A stretch of DNA of 64,000 nucleotides from the IMG/VR virus record IMGVR_UViG_2840500688_000001, positions 6,810-70,809 of that record. One strand, 5' to 3'. Positions 7,049 through 16,267 of this stretch are shown here, one piece after another. Position 1 is the stretch's first letter; each line of letters opens with the position of its first letter. The translations under genes were made by a program, and so were the position numbers. This DNA is from a virus. Taxonomy: Duplodnaviria > Caudoviricetes. Below the pieces are notes generated by a model that saw only the letters and a program-made list of their open reading frames with translations, searched no databases and was not told the DNA's origin.

Positions 7049-7351
7049 ATGGCAGACAATTTAAAAACAGCATTTGAAAAATATCAGTTCTGGGCATTCA
7101 CAGGTATGGCAAGCATCTTAGCCGGAATTGTCATAAGCTCACAAGCAGATACCAATAGACGCCAAGAAGAAACTCAACGTGAGATTGTGGCCATGTCAAA
7201 GCAGGTTGCAGTTGTTGTAGTTAAGCTAGAATCATATGAAATGGCACAGCGTTCACTTCAAGATGAGGTCAAGGAGTTGTCTAAAAGAGTTGGGGTGTTA
7301 GAGCGTGACAATGGTGAAATCAAACAACAACTCAGACAGTTAAGTAAATAA
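7049..7351 (+). CDS. Hypothetical protein, one TM plus coiled coil
   Basis: Hydrophobic residues 12-30 then heptad pattern; GGAAG SD. Confidence 0.6.
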   Translation: MADNLKTAFEKYQFWAFTGMASILAGIVISSQADTNRRQEETQREIVAMSKQVAVVVVKLESYEMAQRSLQDEVKELSKRVGVLERDNGEIKQQLRQLSK

Positions 7352-7680
7352 TGGCTAAGTTAAAACGATTACAATCACGGTTAAAAGTCGAAAGCGGCAA
7401 TCGATTGACTGTTAGTAATGGATCATGGCGTGATCATAAGCAAAGCAGTGCGAAGCGTGGTTATGGTTATAAATGGCAGAAGGCTCGTGAGTTATTTCTC
7501 AAAGAGAATCCTTTGTGTGTTTATTGTGAACGTAATGGGATCATAACCGCCGCGAATGTTGTGGATCACATTGAACCACATCGTGGTGATCAGGCTTTAT
7601 TTTGGGATCGAAATAATTGGCAATCATTGTGTTCATCTTGCCACAGTTCAATCAAACAGAAAGAAGAAAACAAAGGTTAA
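7351..7680 (+). CDS. HNH endonuclease (HK97 gp74-like packaging accessory)
   Basis: 'CVYC...VVDHIEPHRGD..LFWD..NWQSLCSSCHS'; directly upstream of terminase. Confidence 0.9.
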   Translation: MAKLKRLQSRLKVESGNRLTVSNGSWRDHKQSSAKRGYGYKWQKARELFLKENPLCVYCERNGIITAANVVDHIEPHRGDQALFWDRNNWQSLCSSCHSSIKQKEENKG

Positions 7681-7855
7681 TATTTAACATTTGAGTGTTA
7701 AAGTTTAACAGGTTTTAACACCACTAAATAACCTAATAAAATCATATGGGTAGGGGGTATGGTTAAAGTTTTTTTGTGAACTTTTTCTAGACCACCCCCC
7801 ACCTCACGCACAAAAAAAATCCTGTTTTTACAAAATTGTTAAAGGTTTCACGGAA

Positions 7856-8308
7856 ATGTTGAGCGATAAAAAGAAAGCATTTGCTCGTGGAATTTTGCAA
7901 GGGCTGAGTAATAAAGACGCCGCTATCCAAGCGGGTTATAGTGAAAATTCAGCAGCGCAACAAGGTTCACGTTTAGCAAAAGAAAAAGAGATTATTTCTT
8001 ACATTGAGCAATTAGGCTCTGTTAAAGAAAAGTTAAATGAAAACCCAGCGGATTTTGTGCCTGTTGGGACGACTGAACAAATTAAACGCTACAAGGATAC
8101 AAGAGATCCTCTTCAATTTTTATTAGATCGTATGGATGATGAATTTGAAGAAATGGGAACGCGAATGGAAGCGGCAAAAGCTGCATTGCCATATGTTCAT
8201 TCTAAAAAAGGTGACATAGGCGTTAAAGAAAATCGTGCGAATACGGCAGAGGGGATTGCAAAAGGGGGTGGTAAGTTCAGCACAATGAAACCCCCAACGC
8301 TAAATTAA
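7856..8308 (+). CDS. Terminase small subunit
   Basis: 'KKAFA......SNKDAAIQAGYSE.SA..QGSRL' HTH; position. Confidence 0.85.
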   Translation: MLSDKKKAFARGILQGLSNKDAAIQAGYSENSAAQQGSRLAKEKEIISYIEQLGSVKEKLNENPADFVPVGTTEQIKRYKDTRDPLQFLLDRMDDEFEEMGTRMEAAKAALPYVHSKKGDIGVKENRANTAEGIAKGGGKFSTMKPPTLN

Positions 8309-8309
8309 T

Positions 8310-9989
8310 ATGAAATGGACGACGGCATGTAAAGATTGGGAATCTAGAATCGTCAATAAGCAATCACTCATTCCGTGTCAGCCATTATTTCCCGAGCAAT
8401 CAGAATTAGCATTACGGATTTTTAAAGAGTTGGTGCTAGTTGATGTGGCAGGAAGCCCAAAGATTGGTGATGTCACATTGGATTGGGTGTTTGATTTTGT
8501 TGCCGCGATATTTGGAGCTTATGATGCTCAAACAGGTGAGCGACTCATTAATGAGTTCTTTTTGCTGATTAGTAAGAAAAATACAAAATCAACAATTGCG
8601 GCTGGCATTATGCTGACGGCTTTGATTCTCAATTGGCGTAATTCTGCGGAGCTATTGATATTGGCACCAACTAAGGAAGTGGCTGACAACTCATTCATTC
8701 CCACGCGGGATATGATCAAAGCAGATCCCGAATTACAGGCGCTATTTAACATTTCAGAGCATACGCGCACAATCACACATCGCGTGACCAACTCAACATT
8801 AAAAGTTGTTGCCGCCGATACCAACACAGTGGGTGGTAAAAAAGCCTCATTTATTTTGATCGATGAAGTTCATTTATTTGGAAAAATAAATGGGGCAGAA
8901 AGTATGTTGCGAGAAGCTCGAGGCGGTTTAGCATCAAGGCCAGAAGGTTTCACAATTTGGTTGACAACTCAATCGGATGAGCAACCAAGTGGCGTGATGG
9001 CATCCATGTTGAATTATGCGCGAGCGGTTCGAGATGGCACGATTGATAATCCAAGTTTCTTGCCAGTTTTGTACGAATTTCCGAAAGAGTACATTGAAAA
9101 GGAAAAATATAAAGATCCTGAGTATTGGTACATCACGAATCCAAATCTTGGCGTATCTGTTAGTAAACGTTATTTGCTAACAGAATATGAAAAAGCTAAG
9201 GAAAGCGGTGAAGAGGCTTTAAGGGATTTCTTTGCTAAACACGCAAACATTGAGATTGGCTTAAACCTTAGAAATAAACGCTGGTATGGTGCGGATTATT
9301 GGGAACAACAGGCACTCAAGGTATTAACGCTTGATGAATTGATTGAACGCAGCGAAGTTGTGACGGTTGGTGGTGATGGCGGTGGACTTGATGATTTGCT
9401 TGGAATGGCCGTATTAGGTCGTGAGAAGAAAACCAAGAAATGGTTACTTTGGAATCATGCCTGGTGTCATGAAAAAGTTTTAGAAATTCGGGCAAATATC
9501 GCAGAACAGTTGAGAGATTATGAAAATGATGGGGATTTGACAATCATTAAACGCTCAGGTGATGACTGCAATCAATTTGGTGAAATTTGTGGGGCGATTT
9601 ATAAAGCGGGCAAACTGGATAAGGTTGGGCTAGATCCATTAATGATTGGTGGGCTCATTGATGGAATCATTGATGCAGGTGTCCCGGAAGATTTAATTGT
9701 TGGCGTATCCCAGGGCTATAAATTAGCAGGCTATACACAAACCACTGAACGGAAGTTGGCAGCAGGTGAATTATTTCATGCAAATCAGAGAATGATGGCG
9801 TGGTGTGTGGGTAATGCTCGTGTTGAAGTTCGGGGCAATAATGCGCTCATCACTAAACAATCTAGTGGTAAATCAAAAATAGATCCACTCATTGCAACAT
9901 TTAACGCGGTGAGTTTGATGTCGATGAACCCTGAAAGTAAATCAAAAATGAGTGATTTCACAGGAAAAATGATCATGGTTGGTATATGA
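8310..9989 (+). CDS. Terminase large subunit
   Basis: Walker A-like 'ISKKNTKST', Walker B 'ILIDEVH', nuclease 'GGDGGGLDD', 'KIDPLIA'. Confidence 0.95.
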   Translation: MKWTTACKDWESRIVNKQSLIPCQPLFPEQSELALRIFKELVLVDVAGSPKIGDVTLDWVFDFVAAIFGAYDAQTGERLINEFFLLISKKNTKSTIAAGIMLTALILNWRNSAELLILAPTKEVADNSFIPTRDMIKADPELQALFNISEHTRTITHRVTNSTLKVVAADTNTVGGKKASFILIDEVHLFGKINGAESMLREARGGLASRPEGFTIWLTTQSDEQPSGVMASMLNYARAVRDGTIDNPSFLPVLYEFPKEYIEKEKYKDPEYWYITNPNLGVSVSKRYLLTEYEKAKESGEEALRDFFAKHANIEIGLNLRNKRWYGADYWEQQALKVLTLDELIERSEVVTVGGDGGGLDDLLGMAVLGREKKTKKWLLWNHAWCHEKVLEIRANIAEQLRDYENDGDLTIIKRSGDDCNQFGEICGAIYKAGKLDKVGLDPLMIGGLIDGIIDAGVPEDLIVGVSQGYKLAGYTQTTERKLAAGELFHANQRMMAWCVGNARVEVRGNNALITKQSSGKSKIDPLIATFNAVSLMSMNPESKSKMSDFTGKMIMVGI

Positions 9990-11215
9990 AAAAACAGGGA
10001 TTAATAAAGCGAACATTATTAAAAATGGCAGGTGCAGATCAATACGCTGACCAAAAGGTTCAAGCTGCATTAAAGATCGTAACAGATAGCTTTGGCACCT
10101 CTATGAGTGGACAAACGGTGACACTTGATAAATCTATGCGAGTTTCAACGGTTTGGGCATGTGTTAGATTGCTTTCAGAAACCATTTCAACAATGCCACT
10201 GAAGGTATATGAAAAAAAAGCAGATGGTTCACGCGTTGAGGCTAAAGACTCAGATCTGTATCGAGTTTTGTCAATTCAGCCCAATTTGATACAGACACCT
10301 ACGAAGTTGCTTGAATTTCTCGTGGCCAGTTTGAGTATTAAGGGGAATGCGTATTTTGAAAAGAAGATGATTGGAAATCGTCTCATTAATCTGCATCCAA
10401 TTTTGCCACAGGACATCATCAGCATTGACTTAGTGAATGGCAAGCTTCAATACAAATTTATGCGCAATGAAAAAGAGCAAATCAGAAATAGTGATCAGAT
10501 CTGGCATATTCGCGGCTTTGGTTTAGATGGCATGCTGGGTTTAGATGTTTTTGATGTGGGGCGTGATGCCATTGGTGCTGCAATTTCATCGAGTGAAGCA
10601 TCGTCGAACTTTTTTAAAGGTGGCATGACAATCAGTGGTGCTTTAACTGTTGATTCCATATTAACTGATGAGCAAAGGGAAGAGATTAAAGCGAGTCTTT
10701 CAAAATTTACGGGGTCTAAAAACTCAGGAAAACTGATGGTGCTTGAGGCGGGTATGAAGTACCAAGGCATCAGCATTAATCCTGAACAATCCCAATTGCT
10801 AGAAACGCGTGGTTATGATGTGGAAGAAATTTGCCGTCTCTTTAAAGTGCCGCCGGTTTTAATTGGATACATGACAAAACAAAGCTCATGGGCATCTAGT
10901 TTAGAAGCACTGAATCAACAATTTTTAACATATACGTTATTACCCATATTAAGAAACATTGAGGAATCGATTGCTAAATGTTTAGTACGGCCAGAGGATC
11001 AAGGGCGATTGTTTGTCAAATTCAATTATGAAGGATTCTTAAGAGCGGACAGTGCTGCAAGATCTGCATATTACACACAGGCTGTGTCAAATGGTTGGAT
11101 GAGTAGAAATGAAGTGAGAGAAAAAGAGGATCTACCAAAAATGGAAGGTGGTGATACTTACACAGTTCAATCTGCAATGATTCCGCTTGAAAAAGTTGGG
11201 GGAAATTATGAATAA
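9986..11215 (+). CDS. Portal protein (HK97 family)
   Basis: 'STVWACVRLLSETISTMPLKVY', 'GNAYF', 'HIRGFGLDG..G', 'EEICRLFKVPP', 'GWMSRNEVR'. Confidence 0.95.
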   Translation: MKKQGLIKRTLLKMAGADQYADQKVQAALKIVTDSFGTSMSGQTVTLDKSMRVSTVWACVRLLSETISTMPLKVYEKKADGSRVEAKDSDLYRVLSIQPNLIQTPTKLLEFLVASLSIKGNAYFEKKMIGNRLINLHPILPQDIISIDLVNGKLQYKFMRNEKEQIRNSDQIWHIRGFGLDGMLGLDVFDVGRDAIGAAISSSEASSNFFKGGMTISGALTVDSILTDEQREEIKASLSKFTGSKNSGKLMVLEAGMKYQGISINPEQSQLLETRGYDVEEICRLFKVPPVLIGYMTKQSSWASSLEALNQQFLTYTLLPILRNIEESIAKCLVRPEDQGRLFVKFNYEGFLRADSAARSAYYTQAVSNGWMSRNEVREKEDLPKMEGGDTYTVQSAMIPLEKVGGNYE

Positions 11216-12017
11216 ATTATTAAAACTCGCAGAACAGCTTAAAGCGAGTAGTGAAGTGTCAATCAAAGCAAAAGAAATGTGGTCACCACTGGCAGCACAA
11301 AACTTATCAGACATTAATATTCTTGGTGAGATTGGCGATGATTGGGAATCAAGTGATACGACATTTGAGCGAGTGAATCGAAAGTTAGACATGGCTGCCG
11401 GTGCCGATGTTGTTGTGAATATCAATAGCTTTGGTGGCAGTATGTTTGAAGGTGTGGCGATTTATAATGCATTGCGTCAATACAGTGGAAAAGTAACTAC
11501 AAAAATCATGGGTATTGCTGCATCAGCGGCATCATTAATTGCATTGGCTGGTGATGATATTTACATGGCGGAATCTTCATTTTTAATGATTCACAATGCT
11601 TGGGTTTTCACATATGGCAATAAAGATGAGCTGCGAGAAACAGCCAATAAATTAGAACAATTTGATAACGCCATGGCGGACATTTATGCGCTGCGTATGG
11701 ATATGAAGAAAGATGAAATCATCAAAATGATGAACGAAGAATCCTATATTGGCGGCACGCAAGCGATTGAAATGGGAATTGCCACATCATTGTTTGAAAA
11801 TACAGAATTGACATTAGAAGAAGATGGCGTGATTGCCGCACATAAAGTTGATCTTTTATTGGCCAAACAAGGCTTACCACGCTCTAAACGGCGTGAGTTG
11901 TTAGCAGATATTAAAAAGGGTACGCGTAACGCTGCCCAATCGAGTACGCATGACGCTGCTCAAAGAAGTGAATTGGCAAATGGTATTGCCGACTTATTAA
12001 AAGCATTTAAATCATAA
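11187..12017 (+). CDS. ClpP-like prohead protease
   Basis: 'INSFGGS', 'GIAASAAS', 'LMIHNAW'. Confidence 0.92.
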   Translation: MKKLGEIMNKLLKLAEQLKASSEVSIKAKEMWSPLAAQNLSDINILGEIGDDWESSDTTFERVNRKLDMAAGADVVVNINSFGGSMFEGVAIYNALRQYSGKVTTKIMGIAASAASLIALAGDDIYMAESSFLMIHNAWVFTYGNKDELRETANKLEQFDNAMADIYALRMDMKKDEIIKMMNEESYIGGTQAIEMGIATSLFENTELTLEEDGVIAAHKVDLLLAKQGLPRSKRRELLADIKKGTRNAAQSSTHDAAQRSELANGIADLLKAFKS

Positions 12018-12029
12018 AGGAATGATTGT

Positions 12030-13253
12030 ATGAGTAAAGAATTAGAAATGTTAAATGAGCTTAAGGCGTCACTTGAAAACCGTGATTCAAAATTGAGTCA
12101 ATTGGCTGAGGACGCATTGGCTCAGGCAAAGAAAAGTGGCACATTGAGTGAAGAAACAAAAGCATCTGTAGATAAGATGCTGGCGGATCAGAATAAAGAT
12201 CGCATTCAATTGAATGCTTTAGAAGCAAGATTGGGTGAGGCTGAACAGTTGTTTGTTAATGCTGATTTTAGTGCCCGTTCAAATTCAGTGAAAGCGGCGA
12301 GTGATTTGTTGATTGAGTCTGATGAAGTGAAAGCATTTGCAAGTAAAGTGCGTTCAGATGAACGTGGCAGAATTAGTATTTCTGTACCTCGAGCCGCACT
12401 CATTTCATCTGATGTTGCTGAAGGTGTTATTGAGCCTCATCGTGTGCCTGGCATTATGCAACAGGCAAAACAACGTTTGTTTATTCGTGATTTAATCACA
12501 CCAGGTAAAACAACTCAGCCTGCCATTTCTTGGGTTCAACAAACGGGCTTTACCAATAATGCTGCTACGGTGGCTGAAAATACCAAAAAACCTGAGTCAG
12601 AGATTGAGTTTGCAACAAAGCTCACCGGTGTGGCCACAATTGCACATTTGTTCAAGGCATCTAAACAGGTTATGGATGACTTTCCTCAATTAAAATCTTT
12701 AGTTGATGCAGAATTACGTTATGGCTTGAAATATGTGGAAGAACAGCAGATTTTGTTTGGTGATGGTACGGGCGTTAATTTGAAAGGCATTGTGCCTCAG
12801 GCGACAAAATTCAAGGCTGACTTTAAAGCAGGCAAACATACCGCAATCGATGATATTCGTTTGGCAATGTTGCAATCTCAATTAGCCCGTTTACCTGCTA
12901 GCGGTATCGTGATGCACTACACGGATTGGGCAAAAGTGGAAACATTAAAAGATGATGTGGGCCGCTATATCTTTGGTAATCCATCGGCATTAGCGGTGCC
13001 AAGCTTATGGGGATTACCTGTAGTTGAAACAGAAATTGCTGCATTTCTTGGTAAATTTTTAACTGGTGGTTTCGCAGGTGGTGCTCAAATCTTTGATCGT
13101 GAAGATGCCAATGTGGTGATCTCGACAGAGAACAATGATGATTTTGAGAAAAACATGATCACAGTTCGCTGTGAAGAGCGTTTAGCGCTGGCATTGTATC
13201 GTCCTGAATCATTTATTCATGGTGATTTTACCCTCAGCGCATCAAGTGATTAA
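12030..13253 (+). CDS. Major capsid protein (HK97 fold)
   Basis: N-terminal delta coiled coil; 'EQQILFGDG', 'LWGLPVVET', 'FEKNMITVRCEERLAL'. Confidence 0.95.
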   Translation: MSKELEMLNELKASLENRDSKLSQLAEDALAQAKKSGTLSEETKASVDKMLADQNKDRIQLNALEARLGEAEQLFVNADFSARSNSVKAASDLLIESDEVKAFASKVRSDERGRISISVPRAALISSDVAEGVIEPHRVPGIMQQAKQRLFIRDLITPGKTTQPAISWVQQTGFTNNAATVAENTKKPESEIEFATKLTGVATIAHLFKASKQVMDDFPQLKSLVDAELRYGLKYVEEQQILFGDGTGVNLKGIVPQATKFKADFKAGKHTAIDDIRLAMLQSQLARLPASGIVMHYTDWAKVETLKDDVGRYIFGNPSALAVPSLWGLPVVETEIAAFLGKFLTGGFAGGAQIFDREDANVVISTENNDDFEKNMITVRCEERLALALYRPESFIHGDFTLSASSD

Positions 13254-13296
13254 CCAATAAGGGGCGATTTAGCCCCTTTCTTTTGTAAGGTGAAAT

Positions 13297-13695
13297 ATGA
13301 AATTAAAGGCATTGAATACATTTTATGTGCAACATGAAAAACGAGTTGTTGCTGTAGATGATGAGTTTGAAACAACGAATGCACACGGTGAAGATTTAAT
13401 CAAAAATGGGTTGGCAAAATTTTTAGAAGGTTCTGAAATGCCTGATCAGTTAGTGCCCGATGAAAGCAAAGCACTTGATGAGCTAAAGTTAAAAGCCTCA
13501 AGTCTTGAGGCTATTATTGCTGAAAAAGACACAAAGATTGCAGAGTTACAATTGCAGTTAAATGACCTGAATGCTCAACTTACAACGGCTTTGAAAGCAT
13601 CTGAAGCACCACAAGATGATGGTGAAGAACCAGATTCAGTGGATAAGCCTGAAGATGATAAAGCTAAGACTAAAGCCAAAACAAAAAATAAGTAG
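13297..13695 (+). CDS. Hypothetical head-region protein
   Basis: ORF after the capsid terminator; coiled coil and acidic/basic tail. Confidence 0.6.
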   Translation: MKLKALNTFYVQHEKRVVAVDDEFETTNAHGEDLIKNGLAKFLEGSEMPDQLVPDESKALDELKLKASSLEAIIAEKDTKIAELQLQLNDLNAQLTTALKASEAPQDDGEEPDSVDKPEDDKAKTKAKTKNK

Positions 13696-14016
13696 GTGAT
13701 TATGATTGATTTAAGTGTTGCCAAACAACATTTACGTATTGATCATGACAGTGAAGATGAGCTGATTCAAATGCAGATTGAGGCGGCGATTGAATATGCT
13801 GCAAAGTATTTGAATCGTTCAATCATTGCACATGAGCATGACCGTAAAATGCAACGAGACATAGTCATTAATTCATCAATTAAAGCGGCAGTGCTATTGG
13901 TATTAGGTACTCTTTATGAAAATCGAGAAAATGAAATTGTTGGATCGATCACATCGCCGCTTAAATTTGGTACCAAAGCATTATTGGATCCATATCGGAT
14001 TAAAATGGGAGTGTAA
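13696..14016 (+). CDS. Head-tail connector (HK97 gp6-like)
   Basis: 'KQHLRIDHD.EDELI', 'AAVLLVLGTLYENRE'. Confidence 0.9.
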   Translation: MIMIDLSVAKQHLRIDHDSEDELIQMQIEAAIEYAAKYLNRSIIAHEHDRKMQRDIVINSSIKAAVLLVLGTLYENRENEIVGSITSPLKFGTKALLDPYRIKMGV

Positions 14017-14339
14017 TGAGAGCAGGGCAATTGAGGCATAGAATTACGCTACAAAATCAAACCATGTCAAACAATGGTTTTCAGGAAATTGTTTGGCAAG
14101 ATTATCGAAAAGATGTGGCAGCTAAAGTAGAGCCACTAAGTGGCAATGCAGTGATTTCTGCCAATGCAGAACATTCTAAAGTGGTTGCACGTATCCAACT
14201 CCGATTTGATGCGAAAATCACAGCAAAAATGCGTGTGATCTTTCGGGATGAACATTACAAAATTGCAGCAGTATTGCCAGACAATCAATCAGGATTGCAA
14301 TGGTTAACGTTATTGGTTGAAAAAGGCATGACAACATAG
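14016..14339 (+). CDS. Head closure / head-tail adaptor
   Basis: 'MRAGQLRHRITLQ', 'ITAKMRV'. Confidence 0.88.
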   Translation: MRAGQLRHRITLQNQTMSNNGFQEIVWQDYRKDVAAKVEPLSGNAVISANAEHSKVVARIQLRFDAKITAKMRVIFRDEHYKIAAVLPDNQSGLQWLTLLVEKGMTT

Positions 14340-14372
14340 CTCCGAAAGGGGCTTTTTTATTGGGTGTAATCA

Positions 14373-14807
14373 ATGAAAATCAATGGTGTGGATGATATTT
14401 TACGTGGACTTACAAAATTAGAAAATGCAGGAAAGCTTAAAGCAGCTCGTTCTGCATTATTACAGTCCGCAAATGTTGTGAAGAAATCGGCAGCAGCTAA
14501 AGCAAAGGCCATCGATGATCCATCGACAGCAAATGATATTTCTAAAAATGTTGTGGCTCGATTTGATAGGCAGGCATTTAGAAAAACGGGGAATGTAAAG
14601 TATCGAGTTGGTATTGCAGGTGGGGCGAAGCAAAATGGTAAAGGTGGTAAGGGCGGCGATACTTTTTATTGGCGATTCCTTGAGTTTGGTACTCAACATA
14701 TTGTCGCACGGCCATTTTTACGGCCAGCGATTGATGAGAATAAGGCTGTTGCTGTGGATAAGTTTGCATCTGCAATTAAAAAGCAGATTGATAAGGTGAG
14801 TAAATGA
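14373..14807 (+). CDS. HK97 gp10-like tail component
   Basis: 'FYWRFLEFGT....ARPFLRPA'. Confidence 0.88.
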   Translation: MKINGVDDILRGLTKLENAGKLKAARSALLQSANVVKKSAAAKAKAIDDPSTANDISKNVVARFDRQAFRKTGNVKYRVGIAGGAKQNGKGGKGGDTFYWRFLEFGTQHIVARPFLRPAIDENKAVAVDKFASAIKKQIDKVSK

Positions 14808-15181
14808 ACCAGCTTATTTTTAATCTTTTTTATCAAGATGATGAGCTTAAAAAACTATTGACACATAAAGGAATGCCTCAAATATTCAGTGGTGGATTGG
14901 CACCATTGGACGGGTCATTGCCATATGTGACGTGGCAAATCATTAGTAAAGTACCAACCCAAACAATGGGTAATAAAACAAAAAACAATCGTTCACGTAT
15001 TCAGTTTGATATTTACTCGAGTGATGAACGTCAAGCATTGCAGATTCAAAAATTATTCAATCAACGCTTAGAAAGAATCGGCTATGTATTGCATAGTGCT
15101 GGGCCAATGCGTGAGCCAGAAACAAAGCATTACAGAATTTCACAAGATGTCAGTTTTATAACAGGAGATTTATATGAGTAA
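14804..15181 (+). CDS. Tail terminator/completion protein (DUF3168-like)
   Basis: 'PYVTWQ.IS', 'RIQFDIYS', 'YRISQD'; position. Confidence 0.75.
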   Translation: MNQLIFNLFYQDDELKKLLTHKGMPQIFSGGLAPLDGSLPYVTWQIISKVPTQTMGNKTKNNRSRIQFDIYSSDERQALQIQKLFNQRLERIGYVLHSAGPMREPETKHYRISQDVSFITGDLYE

Positions 15182-15674
15182 AGGCAGCAAAACAGAAGAG
15201 CGCGGCATTTGGACGCAAGGTACACAGTTGTATATGAAGAAGGCAACCGGTGAGATCGTTGAAATTAATGATGTAACAGCCATTACATTTCCTGAAGTCA
15301 GCCGAAATCAGATTAATGTGACAACCATTAAAGATAAATCCCATAAAAAGAAAATGGGGCTGGCTGATAGTGGTGAGGCAACATTTACAGTCATTTTAGA
15401 TCCAAATGATGAAGGTCATCAATACTTAACGAATTTGGCAAATTCTGACACTGAAGAGCAAATGGAATACATCATTGGTTTAGATGATGGATTTGGTATT
15501 GATCCAACAGTTGATGAAGAGAAAGTGACGCTGCCAACAACACGTACTTGGTATTCATTTGTTGGTGCATTAAAAGCGTTTAACCCAACTTTGGGTGAAG
15601 ATGAAGTGGTTCGAAATGATGCCAAAATTGAGGTGTCAGGTAAGCCAAAAATGACTTTAAAGAAATCTATGTAG
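15174..15674 (+). CDS. Major tail tube protein
   Basis: 'TQGTQLY', 'GLADSGE', 'IEVSGKP'; position before chaperones. Confidence 0.8.
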   Translation: MSKGSKTEERGIWTQGTQLYMKKATGEIVEINDVTAITFPEVSRNQINVTTIKDKSHKKKMGLADSGEATFTVILDPNDEGHQYLTNLANSDTEEQMEYIIGLDDGFGIDPTVDEEKVTLPTTRTWYSFVGALKAFNPTLGEDEVVRNDAKIEVSGKPKMTLKKSM

Positions 15675-15729
15675 TGATTATCGCCCCAATTAAATAGGGG
15701 CTTTTTTATATGAGTTTTAGGGAGTTGAA

Positions 15730-16041
15730 ATGAGATTAGAAGATTTATTGCTACAAAACCAGGTTGGGCAATCGCAAAAGCGCCAAATTATTGTGAAAAC
15801 AGAGAATGGTGAAGAAACGGCTGATGTGTATGTAAAAATACTTTCATGCAGCGATGTCATGGATGGTGATGTCAAAACCAATAAAGAAGCGCTTTATAAC
15901 AATGTATCCAAAGCAATTTTGAATGAAAAAGGTAAAGAGATTTTTACCATTGAGCAGATTGCAGAATTGCCAGCATATATTTGGTTTCAGTTATTGGATT
16001 TATGTAATGAGTTAAATGTTACGGGAAAGATGAAACCCTAA
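15730..16041 (+). CDS. Tail assembly chaperone (lambda G-like)
   Basis: Position between tube and tape measure; ends with an in-frame G GGA AAG slippery site. Confidence 0.8.
   Translation: MRLEDLLLQNQVGQSQKRQIIVKTENGEETADVYVKILSCSDVMDGDVKTNKEALYNNVSKAILNEKGKEIFTIEQIAELPAYIWFQLLDLCNELNVTGKMKP
16023..16029 (+). other. Programmed -1 frameshift site giving a G-T-type fusion ending at 16271
   Basis: GGGAAAG in the correct phase (acG GGA AAG); the -1 frame is open from 16023 into ORF 16077-16271. Confidence 0.85.
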
Positions 16042-16267
16042 GTAATGAAGATGAGTTATGGTGCGAACTGGTACTTATGGGTGTAGGTGGTCGCACCATT
16101 GCGGAAGCAAAAAGAAATTTAACCATTAATGAGTTTAATGTTTGGGTCGCATATATGACCAAAAAAGGCATGCTAGTTCCTGAGGCTAAACAAACGTCAA
16201 AGACTGACACTCAACTGTCGGGACAAGCCAAATTATTATTAACGCTTAATCCAAATACGGTGATTGA